Origin: Gracilinanus agilis
Lineage: Eukaryota
Assembly (NCBI RefSeq): GCF_016433145.1
Contig: NC_058135.1
Span: 97,393,280-97,457,279, forward strand
Length of the DNA: 64,000 nt
Reading direction: 5' to 3'
This document shows, piece by piece, positions 37,487 through 49,861 of this stretch. Position numbers and translations under genes: made by a program. A model generated the notes under the pieces. That model did no database searches. It was not told the DNA's origin and worked only from the letters and a program-made list of their open reading frames with translations. Every line of letters begins with the position of its first letter. Position 1 is the first letter of the stretch.

Positions 37487-38664
37487 GTAAGATTTAATAC
37501 TTTTTCCTCTCAGTTTTATGGTTACAATGATTTCATTTACTTCTGGAGTATCGGGAGGGGATAACAAATTTTATTTTCTATGTGTTTTGCATGTTTCTTT
37601 TTATTGATTCTTTTTCTGCAGGTTGATAGTCACAGTCATTCAAACAATATTTCTGCTGCTATATATAATTTTCTCTTGGTTATGCTTGTTCACTCTTCAT
37701 AATTTCATGTAGGTCTTTCTATGTTTTGTTTTAAGACCCCTTACTTTTCACTTTAGAATAAATATTGTGTATTGGTTCAAAAACAGAAGAGCAGTAAGGG
37801 CAAGGCAATGGGTAAGTGGCTTGCCTAGGGTCACACAACTAGGAAGTCTGAAGCCAAATTTGAACCCAGATTTGTCTCAATCTACTGAGCTACCTCACTG
37901 TCTGTTCAATCTCATCATTTCTTATTGCATAGCAATATTCCATCACAGTCATATACCACAACTTGTTTAGCCATTCCTGGTAGCAAATTTTTTAAATAAA
38001 TTTGTTCTTTTACTACCAGGAAAATATTTTATTGAAGGAAACATAGGGTTTTCATCCTTTAATTACCCTGACCTCTGAATTAGAACAGAAATGCTGAATT
38101 TTCAAACCTGATATACCTACTGGCCACTATTAGATGCCTAAAGACAAACATATCCAAAGTTACAATATTAGTAAGACTAGAGTAAAATAATACTTTTTTT
38201 CTGTAAGATTAATTTTCTTTAAAGTGTTAATCATATGGTTTTATGATTTTATTATGTATCTTATATATTGTGAACAAATTTAGTGATAAAAAATTTTTCT
38301 TAGTGATAGTATGTATAGTTTGCTTTAAAATATTTTAGTTATAGAGGGGAAAATTTGAAACATTGAAAATAATATTTTATCAATCTCTTAGCTTTTCTTT
38401 TTTTTGCTTTTCTTTTCAATTATGTGTAGAAACAATTTTTGACAATTGTTTTCTGCCATTTTGCAATTCAGATTCTCCCCCCCTTTTTTCCTGCTCCCAG
38501 AGGCAATAAAATAGTCTGATATAGATACCAGTTACTTTCATACAATTCAATTTTCATATTCCCCATGCCAAGACAGAAAAACATATATTTAAAAAACTCA
38601 TGAAGTAAATAAAGTAAAAGATGATCTTAACTTTTTTTTAGTTAAATATTTTTCAAGTAACAAC

Positions 38665-38860
38665 CTTTTTAAAAAAAAAAAAAGCCTCTTACTTTCTGTC
38701 TTATTATGTATTGGTTCTAAGGCAGAGGAGTGGTAAAACAACGAGGGTTAAGTGACTTGCCCAGGGTCACACAGCTAGGAAATGCCTGGGGCCAGACTTG
38801 AACCCTGCACCTCCTGTCTGTAAGACTCTCAATCCACTGAGGAAATTGGCTGCTCCCAAA
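38665..38860 (-). mobile_element. SINE1_Mdo-type SINE in HPF1 intron 4
   Basis: gtattggttctaaggcagaggagtggtaa...aagtgacttgcccagggtcacacagctagg. Confidence 0.8.
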
Positions 38861-39140
38861 ATATCATTTTGTATATAATTTATTTTTAATTGTGTACATG
38901 TTGTTTCCTTCCCACTTTGGTCTTGTCTTTCTCTCTGGTGAATTGTACGTGGTAAATACTTAATTAGTATTTATGGAATCAGGTATGTTTGTTAGCATGT
39001 ACCCCTTATTCTCTAATATACAGCATAAATATAGTTATTCCTCCCTTTAAACTGTTACTGAACCAGACTTTGGAGTGAGCTTGGTAGCAGAAACATTTCC
39101 TGTAAACATTTTTAAATTTTATTTTGACTTTCTCTTTCAG

Positions 39141-39288
39141 ATTATTTTTGATGAAAAAAATTCAAGAGGAAACAGATGAAAAGAAAACTGAACTACAAAA
39201 TCTAGTTAGAAAGTTAACAGAAGCAGCCAAAAAGTTGGGTTTTGCCTTGGAACAGAAAACTGGGAAGATGAAGCAGAGAGATAAAAAA
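39141..39288 (+). CDS. HPF1: HPF1 coding exon 5
   Basis: tctctttcag| acceptor, |gtatgg donor, 148 nt; [10 protein letters not shown]...[26 protein letters not shown]. Confidence 0.96.
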
Positions 39289-39766
39289 GTATGGATTCAA
39301 TTTGTTCCACTGATACCTGTGCAAAAACTTTTTTGCTTTCCTTTCACCTCTGAGCTTCCCTGCCCTTCCCCTAGCCTAAAGCAAGCTGGATACTATTAGT
39401 GTTTGGGGGCTTTCTACCTTGTCGACTAGAAGGAACACTGAAGAGCGAATGGTTCCCTTAGATTGTTAAATGTGCTCTGTCTACAGCTTTATCTCAGAAG
39501 GTACATACTTGTCTGTGCTGCCAGCAGAGCAAAAATGCCAAACAGTTTTTCTCTCTCTCTTTTTTTTTTTTTTTTTTTGTGGCGGGTCTATTAAATATTT
39601 TGTGAAGGCAAATGAAAACTTTTTGTTTGTCTTAATGGATTCTACTTTATTTTTCAGATGAGTTCTGGGTTTGTTCAGGTGATGTTTGGGGTATTTTCTA
39701 TAATACCTTTAGTACTGACCTAAGTACTAAAATACTTTACTTTTTGAAAAGCCATTCATGTAGTGT

Positions 39767-39969
39767 TTTTTTTTTTAAACCCTTACCTTCCATCTTAGAA
39801 TCAGTACTGTGTATTGGTTCCAAGGCAGAAGAGTGGTAAGGGCTAAGCAATGGGGGTCAAGTGACTTGCCCAGGGTCACACAGCTGGGAAGTGTCTGAGG
39901 TCAGATTTGAACCTAGGACCTCCCATCTCTAGACCTGACTCTCAATCCACTGAGCTACCCAGCTGCCCC
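39767..39969 (-). mobile_element. Young full-length SINE1_Mdo-type SINE with TSD
   Basis: Near-consensus; ccattcat(g/a)tagt at 39752-39764 and 39980-39992. Confidence 0.92.
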
Positions 39970-41816
39970 CACCCCCACTCCATTCATATAGTTGTGAGAA
40001 ATGACGGGACAGCTATTCTTATCTCTCCTTTTAACTAAATCCTTATCTCTTTTTCCTTCAACATTAGGGACAGTATATTTCCTTATAGTATCTTTTCTAA
40101 TGCATGCTATGTAAGCCTCCCTTTTCTGAGTAGCAGGTATTGCTGTGATATGTGACTGCCTTTGTTGTTGCAGTAATAAACTCATTCTGAAATTTAACAG
40201 AGAAGTTAGCTATAGGCAAGGCAGCCAGAAAGATTCTGCTATTTTGGAGAAAATACAATCACATTACTAGAAAGGTTCTTCTCAGAGGTGAGGGTATTCT
40301 TGCTGTTTAAGAAGATATAGGTACCATATTTAGTGTTTTTCTACAATGAACAATAATTCATTTGTACAGGTCAGGCAATGTAAAATACTTTATTCCTGAG
40401 TAAACTGTATACAATCGGATCTCTTTAATCCAGTTCGTTGTACCCTTAATATTCCATCTTCAAGGATGGTGCTCTGATAGCAGTGGTATATAGCAGCTGC
40501 TGCTGCCCTGAGAAGATGTGTATCGGCTCTATTTTATCTTCAGACTTCTTATGTAATATACTCTTTTTAATAAGATTCCTCATAGTCAAAGTTGTTTTAG
40601 AATTAATGACGGGATTTGATCTTGTAGAGCAGCATGGCAAATCCCAGTATGGTCTATCATAATTTCTGATCTTATTGCTCTCTCTTGTTTCTAGCATCAT
40701 CATAATAATGGTGGGTAGGGGTATAAATCTGGCTAAAGATAATACTTCAAGGACTAGTTTATAAGCATTTGTTAACAGATTCCATAATTGGCATCTAAGG
40801 AATTCACTGTAGTCATCAGTTTAGTCATTAGTTTTGGCAGAGAAGGTCTAGTTTTGGTATAATATTAACTTCTAGGAAGAGAATAATGAGCTTAAATGTC
40901 TCAGACACCACCTAGATTGATGAGTTTTCCCTTGAATTTGAGAATAGAACATTTCGTTACAGCAGAAAGAAAAATGGCATTTCAGCCCTCTCGCTAATTA
41001 TTATAACCTTGGGTGAGTTGGATATTTAGGTTTTTTAAAAATCTATCAAATGAAGGGTACACTAAATGAACTCTCAAGGTTTTGTCTTGTAGAATACTAT
41101 TCTTTTTACTAACAGAAACCCAGAGTAACATCTTTCAGAAAGATTTTTACTTAAATTATTTCCAGACCTTAGTAAAGTTAATATGTAGCAAAACACTTAA
41201 ACAAGAAGTCGTCGACTTTGCCATCATTTCTTCTGTCTTACATTGCTATTAATGGATCTTTCTGCTTTGGCTTAACAAGACAGCTTACCCACTACTGTCC
41301 AGTCACCTTTTGTTTTTTGGAAGATTACAGACTCTTATTCCATTTTCTCTCAGGTACGGTTTTTAGTTGCTCTAAAGATAAAATAGATAGTTTGCCTATT
41401 TCCCCCTCTGTAAGGATTGTTTTCCTTTATAACTTTTAGTGACCCAGGGAGGGGATAAAAGGGGATTGAATCTCATAAGGGTCCCATAAAATCTTGTTTG
41501 AGTTTTTAAAAACTTTTATCTAAATCACAGCTATAATGCTATTACTGGCCTGCTGCTATCAGATTCACTTTTGGGGTAGAAACACAGCCAATTGGCTATA
41601 CGGGTAAGTATGTGTGTTTTTTGCTTTTTCCTTTTGGGTGATTTATTCAATCAAGTGTAAGCTTTAAGCACCAGAAGGTTAGGTATTTGGTGTACATTAT
41701 CTGTGAGCTTAGACAAAAGTACTTTTAAAATTTAGAGGAAGAAATAGTCTTATGCTAGAATTTAGGGGAACTTAAGAAAAGAGCAGGTTATTTTTATCAT
41801 CAGAAAATATGTGATT

Positions 41817-42027
41817 GGGGGCAACTAGGTGGCTCAGTGGATAAATGTTAAGCCTAGAGGTCCTGGATTCAAATATGGTCTCAGGCACTTCTTAGCTATG
41901 TGATCCTAGGTGAGTCACTTGACCCCAATTACATTGCTATTAATGGACCACTCTTCTGCCTTAGAACCAATACTTGTATCAATTCTAAGACAGAAGCCAA
42001 AGATTTAAAAAAAAAAAAAAAAAAAAA
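41817..42027 (+). mobile_element. SINE1_Mdo-type SINE with long poly(A)
   Basis: ggggcaactaggtggctcagtgga...gatttaaaaa(A20). Confidence 0.85.
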
Positions 42028-42900
42028 GGTATTTGGTACTCACCTATACCTATCTAACTTGGATTATAGCAATTTTTCCTTTATTCTAAAAATGACATTT
42101 GCAACAACCTGTTGATAACATAGCAATGCACATGACACTTTAAAAGATTATAACCTTGAAGTGTGTTTGATCAAACTTTTCATAGAAACTTGGACAAGTT
42201 TGGAGAAATTTCAAGAAAGGGATAGCAGCTTAGGGAAAGTTGTCGGTTTGGGGGCTTGATGACCTGTGAGGATTTGGGGTAGTGTGAGAGACTTAAAGTG
42301 TCACCGGAAAAGTCATTAGAAAGTAAAGTAAACCAGAGTAAGGCATGGGGCATTGGGGGGGTTGGGTGGTTGTCACAAGGAGTTAGAAAGAGTTCGAGAG
42401 AGAGGTTATAACTTGAAAGTCCTCTTCCTTTCCACCTTCTTAAAAGTTTTAGCTAAAATGCTACTTTGGTCAGTCCCTTCCACCTTGTATCTCTATATAA
42501 TTAATACCTTGTAAATTATACATTCGCCTCAGAAAAAAGAATTTGAAACAGCACTTGCTATTTCTTTGTCTTATTTCTCCTTTCAGATCTAAGTTTATAT
42601 GATTTCACTTGGAAGAAAACTATTTTGACCTTAATGGTTGTGAAGATGTACTCTCTTCCTTCTGGGGACAGCATGACTCTTGGGGACAAAGCATGAAATT
42701 CCTGGGTGACTGCTGTGCTGATTAACAAGCTAGTCATTTACTCGCTTATAGTCATGAATTGTAGGGAGGATATCACTGCATATTATCCTTTTACCTAAGA
42801 GTCCATTTCCTAAACATGATCATGCTCATACATGGTCAAAAGGGTTTCTTGAATTCTTTCTGTTGCAGCTAATTTGTACATTTTTCCCCTCTCGTCTTAG

Positions 42901-42988
42901 GTAGTGACAAAGACCTTTCACACTGCAGGCTTGGTTGTCCCTATAGACAAAAATGATGTTGGATACAGAGATCTCCCCGAAACGGATG
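42901..42988 (+). CDS. HPF1: HPF1 coding exon 6 (contains the Y238/R239 equivalents)
   Basis: ctcgtcttag| acceptor, |gtaata donor, 88 nt; [29 protein letters not shown]. Confidence 0.96.
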
Positions 42989-43154
42989 GTAATATATATA
43001 AGAGCGGAGTGTGATCATTGGTGTGGGAGAGTTGTTTAGTTTGTAAGGTTTCGGAATTTGCCAGGAAATATATGATGCAGGGAAGAAGGACTTAGACATT
43101 ATTGTGAGGCACTAATTTGACTTAGGGAGATTCCAATTGAAAAGTCTAGGGAAG

Positions 43155-43335
43155 AAGGGCAGCTTAGGAAGCCAGGCCTAGGGAAGGGAGTCCTGGATTC
43201 AAATTTAGTCTCAGACACTTCTTAGCTGTGTGACCCTGGGCAAGTCACTTAACCCCTATTGCCCAGTCTTACCACTGTACTGCCCTGAAACTGATATTTA
43301 GTATCAATTCTAAGACAGAAGGTAAGGGTTTTTTT
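43155..43335 (+). mobile_element. SINE1_Mdo-type SINE
   Basis: gggcagcttaggaagccaggcctagg...ctaagacagaaggtaagggttttt. Confidence 0.8.
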
Positions 43336-43572
43336 AAAGAAAGAGAAATGTATATGGAAGGAAGGAGGAAACAACATTTATTTAAATGCCTACTGTGTGC
43401 CAGACACTGTGATAAGGCCTTATTTACCTCATTTGATCTTCACAACAATCCTTAGGGATAGGTATTAATATCCCTTTTTACAGTTGAGGAAATTGAGGCA
43501 GACAGAAGTTAAGTGACTTGCTCAGGTTCACACAGCTAGTAAGTTTCTAGGACTAGTTTTGAACTTGGGTCT

Positions 43573-43915
43573 TGTAAGGATTAAAAATGATAAAGGCCAA
43601 TATTATGAGGAAAAATAATATTTTAATTACCATGGCCATGTTGGTAAAAGTATATAAGACCACACCTGACTCTTTCAAAAATACCGCCAGTCCGTGTCTC
43701 CTTCCATCTTGTCTGCCTCGTACCAGAGAGAGCGAGACCCAGCTCCACCCCTAATTTTAAGTCACTCTCTATGTTGGTTCCCATTGTTTGACGTCATCAC
43801 ATCAGAAACCGGAAACCCATTGGATCACGGAAAATGTAGTTTCAAAGTCCCCCACATGTCCACAAGAAATTTGTAAAATACTTTTAAATGGGACCCCCCT
43901 GAATTCCAAGTAACA
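43573..43915 (-). mobile_element. Solo LTR (ERV1-like, 343 bp) antisense in HPF1 intron 6, inserted at the end of a MIR
   Basis: TG...CA termini; exact 4-bp TSD GTCT at 43569-43572 and 43916-43919; minus strand shows promoter motifs, then TTAAAA, then ATTAAA. Confidence 0.85.
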
Positions 43916-46900
43916 GTCTAGACAGAAAAATAAGATTTTTCTTGGTACCTCCTGGTTTTTTCATTATCTTTATAATAAAACATTTCATATAAAAAAGCAG
44001 AATGGTTTTGACAAGAGTGAATATTGTCAGTCATTTAGAAAAAATTTGATCTTTATCTTCACTAATATCTCTTGTTGCCCTCCCCTCCCCCCCCATTCTT
44101 GTCTCTAGATTTCTGCTCCCATCAGACACAGACTAGCACCTTTAGCAACACTAGCAATAAAGGCTGAGTGGTAATTGGGAGATAAATGTTGACATTTTCT
44201 TAAATATAAAGTTGATAATGTGTCCCTACATCTAGGGGCATGTCTAGACATTCAGAAGCCTGAAATAAGACTATGTGTCAGACTACCCTTAACTGATATA
44301 TTCCTGCTGATCAAATGGATTTGGATAATTAGTTGTTCTCCTGAACAACAGTTTGTGCCCCTCCTCTGTCCCAGCAGACACTGTGTGACTACTGTTTACT
44401 GATGGCATCCCTCATTATTGGGTCTGTCTTGTCCTGTCCAGGCCCTTAGAGCTTCCCCTCCACTTTATCATGAACCTGCAATAATTTACAATCTATGGCC
44501 CACACCTAATCCCACTTTCAGGGTTGCTTTCCTTAAAGCAGTATATGCCCCTCTTTCATTCTGCAGATCATTGCCAGGCAAGTGGTGGGCAGCCTGAGGT
44601 CACAAAGCAGAGTCGGAGTATGGAAGCAACATGTGCAAGTGATGATAATTTGCATAAATTTATTCTGATAATAAAAGTAAACAAATAAAGAAGTTTTAAG
44701 GGAATTGCAGGTTTTTCTCTGTTCCCACTGCTTGTCTAGCTGCTTAAGTAATGAAATTGTACCTTCAAATATAGCAAAATTTTAAAACTCAAATTGAAAG
44801 AAAACTCTTTAACTATATGCTCCAGAATAGTGCTAACATTGAAATTATATGACGTGTTGACATGCCAGTCTGGAGGTAGAGGATCAGGGTCTCCCTTGGC
44901 TTCTGCTGCTCATTCTGTTATCTTGAACCAGGACCCCACGGTCTCTGAGCCACAGGTTCCTCCCAGTATTAAATCAGCTCACAATGTTGGAAGGCATGTA
45001 AAGTGTCCTATTGGAGAGCTTCAGTGCTCCCTTGGCCTATCTTCCCCTGTACTGGTCTTTAATCAGTACTCAGACTTGCCCCAGTGGACCTCCAAGTCAT
45101 TACTGCTGCCATGTGGCCGGAGGGGAAAGAGCATAGCTGATCATAACCCCACATTCTGTCTAGAGTCTCCAAAAGTTCCTAAGTAGGAGATAGTAGTTGG
45201 CACTGGCCCCTTTAAAATTTAGCTCTGCTCCTTCTATGTATGACCTGTCAGTCACTTCCCATTCATCTTCTCAGGCTCATCTATAAAAGGTATAAAAATT
45301 TATAAAAGAATATCTTTAGAATCCCTTCCGCCTCAAGGCCTGTGGAACAGAGCATTCCATTTGGTGTTATCAGCAGATGAGTGCAAATGGGTGATATTGT
45401 TACCACTACATTTTTTAAATTTGGGTATTTTTTAAAGGGGATTTTATTTCAAAATTCAGATTGTGTTTGGACATATCTGTTAAACAATGAACATCTTTGG
45501 GATTGCAAAAGCAGATTTTTCTCATTTAGTGGTAATCTGAAGGGAGACTTCCTTAAGCCATAAGGGCTGCCACATACCTAGAAAGCCATACTAATATTGT
45601 TTTGAGTCTCCAGAATTTTTAGTTTGGTTTTTTCTTTCTTTCCTATTCTGTTAGTGATTTAGTAATCTAATCATCTTGTACTATCTCTTTCCAAGCTTCT
45701 TGACTTGGTTCAAAACCCATTACAAAACAGTAAAATAGGAAATAAATTGTCTGGCCTCCTCATGGACCTGGGGAAACTGATTCTACCTGCCAATCACTTG
45801 TCCTTGTAGTTGTCACAGACCTTGCAAAGATGTGGAAGTCAGAAAATGCTTAGATGAGGGCCTAATTACTACAAAGCGTTGCCTTATAATTTTAGAAGTT
45901 TCAGGCTCCTTTAAATGTCTCCCCATTTTATGCATGGGAAAGGACATGAAGAAATTATACTTGTAGAGAATAATTGTACAATGTTTTGGAATTTTCAGAG
46001 CACTTTTTTCATGTAAATAAAATGCCATGTAAAAGTGGCTCCCCATTTTATACCCGAGGAAACAAGGGATTGTCTCAAGATCACACAGAGCCAGTGCCTC
46101 CAATCCATATTCTTCGACTATACCATGAAGACTATCTGATACTTTTAAGGAAGCAATAGGGATAAAGATAAACAAAATCTTTGAGATATCCAGAGAGGGG
46201 GTAATAGAGGCTCCTCCTTTGGCACAATCCATATAGCAACAAATTAAAGGTTCCTAGGCTGAGCTAACCAATCCACATGCTCTTTTCTTCCACATTATTA
46301 CCTCAGCGTCCACTAGAGTGGAGAGTGATCAGTTGCATTCTTATTTTTTAACCTATAAGATAGGACTTTTTTTATATTCAGGGTGTGACTTTTTCTGAGT
46401 TCTTAGGTATTTTGTAGCTAACAACTTGTGTGGAATCTTTTTTTTTACCTCTAACATGAGTCTCACTTAATGGTAATTGCAGAAACCTTTTCAGAAACGT
46501 GCTCTAGACTTGAGAGCTGGAAGTTTTTCTTTAAAGACTGTCAGGTCTAGTGAGATAAGGACATGGAAGTCCCCCAGTGGTAAAGTAAGTAACTTGAAGT
46601 AAAGGTCACTTCAAGATGGTCAAAGTTCACAACATGGTCCACTGACTCTAATTCAAAGCCTTTTCTACTGTCTCAAGAGAGCTCTAGAATAGCAATCAGG
46701 AAATCTAGATATTAACCTTGATTCTGCTGCTCACCTATATAATCTTTTTTTTTCCATCTATAAAAAGGAAGTGGTTGGACTGGTGGATCTTTCAGGTCCC
46801 TCCTATCTCTCTCATTTTGACTTTTTCAATCCTCCATCCTCAGGACTGAACCCTTTATGTTGGAAAATAGCTACTTTTTTCACTAAGCTTTCTTTACTGC

Positions 46901-47296
46901 TAAATTGGAATACAGAGAAAGTCTTAAGGCAGCTTAATTTTCATTTCAGCTCTTGTCGGGCAAAATCTATGAACTACATGGCTAAAATGCCTCTGCAATG
47001 AATTGCCTGTCTTCACTAATCACTTTCTCTTTTGCTTTTATAAAGTAACCTAGGAATGACTTTACTACTGGAACCAACCCCAGTGAAATGGCCTTAAGAA
47101 AATAAAGGAGGCCGGCTTTCTGATCCTCTTCTCTTATCAGAATCCTAAGTGAAAACAATATTAGTTTGAATAGGAAGACGTAAAAGATTGACATGCTATG
47201 GATCTTTTTTGCTGCTGAGATATTTTTTATAAAAATTTATAGCTTGTTCACGAATCCAATTGAAAACCTAAATTTTATTTAAATGTCTCATTTCAG

Positions 47297-47469
47297 CTAA
47301 TCTTAAGATAATTTGCAAAATGATTGTTGAGGCTTCAAGTGATGAGCAGAGATTGAAAGCATTTGCCCCCATTCAGGAAATGGTGACTTTTGTTCAGTTT
47401 GCTAATGATGAGTGCGACTATGGAATGGGACTTGAGCTAGGAATTGACCTTTTTTGCTTTGGCTCACAG
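47297..47469 (+). CDS. HPF1: HPF1 coding exon 7 (catalytic NDECDYG motif; D283/E284 equivalents)
   Basis: tttcag| acceptor, |gtgagt donor, 173 nt; [40 protein letters not shown]. Confidence 0.98.
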
Positions 47470-48096
47470 GTGAGTACTGGTCATTTCTTCATGTATCAAA
47501 GCTCTGCAATTCATGCATGTGTCCATCAGGGTCAATGGCACTTCAGAGAGTACTCAAAATGTTTTGAATGATTTAAAGCAGATGTTCTGGTTGTTCTTGA
47601 AATTTATTTCTATGCTAGCAGACTTTAGAGATTTGAGTAACTGTGGTGTTCATATAAAATATTTTGCCTCCAAGTTAATTTTTATATAAAATGAGTTTCT
47701 GGAGATTTAGGACACTTGCTTATAGTTTGTGACTTTATAGATGACTTTTTATTAGTTTCTTACATGTGCTTGCCATTCATTTCACTGAGACATTTTACCT
47801 ATATGAAGAATCTCTTTATGGAGAATGCTTTCTACCAAGGTAGGTCAAACTCCTTGGCTAGTCGGTCACATGGCAAGTGACACATTGTGTAAATGAATAA
47901 AGCTGTAGGCTTTAAGTCAGAGAAAGGATCTGTGTTCCAAGCATTTACTAGCTCTGTGACCCAGGCTCGATCTCCTTGGATTCAGTGGCTTCTGTGAGGT
48001 CCCTTCTAGCCTAAACCTATCAGTGAAAGGTGGTATCTGTATTCAGATCTTTCTGATCTAGAGACCAGCATTCCATACCCCGGAGCCTGTTGCCTT

Positions 48097-48304
48097 ATTT
48101 ATTTTTTTAAAAAAACCCTTACCTTCTGTCTTGGAATCAATACTGTGTATTGGCTCCTAGGTGGAAGAGTGGTAAAGGTAGGCAATGGGGGTCAAGTGAC
48201 TTGCTCAGGGTCACACAGCTGGGAACTGTCCGAGGCCGGATCTGAACCCAGGACCTCCCGTCTCTAGGCCTGGCTCTCAATCCACTGAGCTACCCAGCTG
48301 CCCC
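48097..48304 (-). mobile_element. Young full-length SINE1_Mdo-type SINE with TSD
   Basis: Near-consensus with CpGs retained; gttgcctt at 48089-48096 and 48338-48345. Confidence 0.92.
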
Positions 48305-49121
48305 CCCCCTCCTTTTGCCATCCTCCCCCCACCCCCGGTTGCCTTTTTAAAAGCATGTTCGAAATATCTAAAGAAATTAGGGGGGAAATATCCTTTATAT
48401 TGAATTGTGACCAAGGGAATGCTGCTCTGCTCATACTGTTATTAGGGAAAATGAAAGGAAACACCGAGAGAATCTCTCAAAGGTCCTTTGGCTAATGTTA
48501 CCCCAAGTCTTTGCTTCATTGTTCAGTCAGTGCAGAGCTGGGAACATTTTACTGCTTTAATAATGTATTAAGATGACAACTAAAAAAAGTCAATCTTGTT
48601 GCCTTGAATTTGGGACTCTTAAAAATTAGTTGCTTATATCTGCTTTGCTTATATCTCTTCTTAAAGATTTAAGAGCAAAGCCTAAAAGAAACAATTAAAA
48701 ATTCAAATTTAAAAATATAAAATTCAGACTTTTTAAAGCCATTTTTCACAGTAGTCTCAATGCCTTTATACATTAGATTCAGTGTTTTTCATATACTTTA
48801 ATCTCATCTTCTAAAAAAGTTTTATGTTTTTGTTACATTTTGAGTTGATTTTGTCTCCCTCCCCTACATTAAGACTAGGTTAACATTGTGTGGGTGAGAA
48901 CTGTACAATATATGCTTCTATGTACCAGTTCTTTCACTGGGAGTAGATGGCATTTTATCATAGTTAATTTGAATGATCTTCTTAGAATAGTATTGCTGTT
49001 ACCGTATGCAACCTTCTCTTGGTTCTGCTCATTTCACTCCGTTATTTCTTGCAAGTCTTCTCATATTTTTCTAAAACCAACCTGGCTCTTTTATTTTATC
49101 TTTAGAACGAACACCTAAGGG

Positions 49122-49257
49122 AAAACATTGGTGCCAAACCAACTTTGACTACCACAAACTGTTGTATTTTTATTCAGTCCAGCATTTCCCAGTTTCATTT
49201 TAATCTGGTTCTAGCTGCATGCAGGAGTTTTGCAGGCAACAAGCTTGGCATCTCTGG
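49122..49257. mobile_element. hAT-type MITE relic
   Basis: Imperfect terminal inverted repeats (ggtgccaaac / gcttggcatc) around gcatttcccagtttcattttaatctggtt. Confidence 0.45.
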
Positions 49258-49534
49258 TCTGAATTTTCTTCACTATTGTGTTAAAACATTGTGTTTTAAC
49301 AAAATCCTACTTTACATATAAAATGCCATTTTTACTTTTCTGTTCACTTCTGCTGGGAAATGAAGAATGACTTTGCCTTTGTTCACTTGTCACACTTAAA
49401 CAAAATGCCAGTTTAATATAATGGAGGTTGTAGGCACCTAAAGTGACTTCAAAGAAATCTTAGTTGAGCATGTAATATTTTCATCTGCTATTGACGGGCC
49501 TGTTTTGGCTGGGTGTGTTTCTTCTAATTTTCAG

Positions 49535-49666
49535 TATTTTCACAAAGTTATTGGTCAGCTTCTACCTCTTGCCTATAAGCTGTTGAAGAGGAATCTGTTT
49601 GCAGAGATCATTGAAGCCCATCTGGCCAAAAGAAGCAAAGAAAATGTGGATCTGCTGGCAACATGA
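49535..49666 (+). CDS. HPF1: HPF1 coding exon 8 (terminal, TGA stop)
   Basis: ttttcag| acceptor; [43 protein letters not shown]; the eight exons sum to 1035 nt = 344 aa plus stop with no frameshift. Confidence 0.97.
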   Translation, partial: YFHKVIGQLLPLAYKLLKRNLFAEIIEAHLAKRSKENVDLLAT

Positions 49667-49861
49667 ATGGGAAGTGGTATAAAAGCACTGTTTGTTGTAA
49701 AATGTTAAGTAGACCAACTTGCACCATGAATGGGAGATGTTGTTACAAAGCAAGTGTTTTAAGATGTTAAATGTTTGACAGTGTTTGGAGCACTAAACTA
49801 TTAAATGGAGTTTTTGTTTTTTGTTTTTGTTATTGAAAGAAAAGTGAAGATGAGAGCTGGG

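Noticed and set aside
40611-40645. 8-bp inverted repeat gggatttg/caaatccc in HPF1 intron 5
   Set aside because: Single short stem with no H or ACA boxes or second hairpin; expected by chance in 64 kb
42157-42522. Second possible solo LTR (TG...CA, G-rich core) in HPF1 intron 5
   Set aside because: No matching TSD for any terminus pair I tried; left uncalled pending a Dfam search
42867-42900. Alternative acceptor 32 nt upstream of HPF1 exon 6
   Set aside because: It lies just upstream of the likely branch point (gctaat) and would frameshift; no evidence of use
32130-47571. ORF-track entries at 32130, 36262, 39124 and 47320 as separate genes
   Set aside because: Each is an HPF1 exon extended into flanking intron
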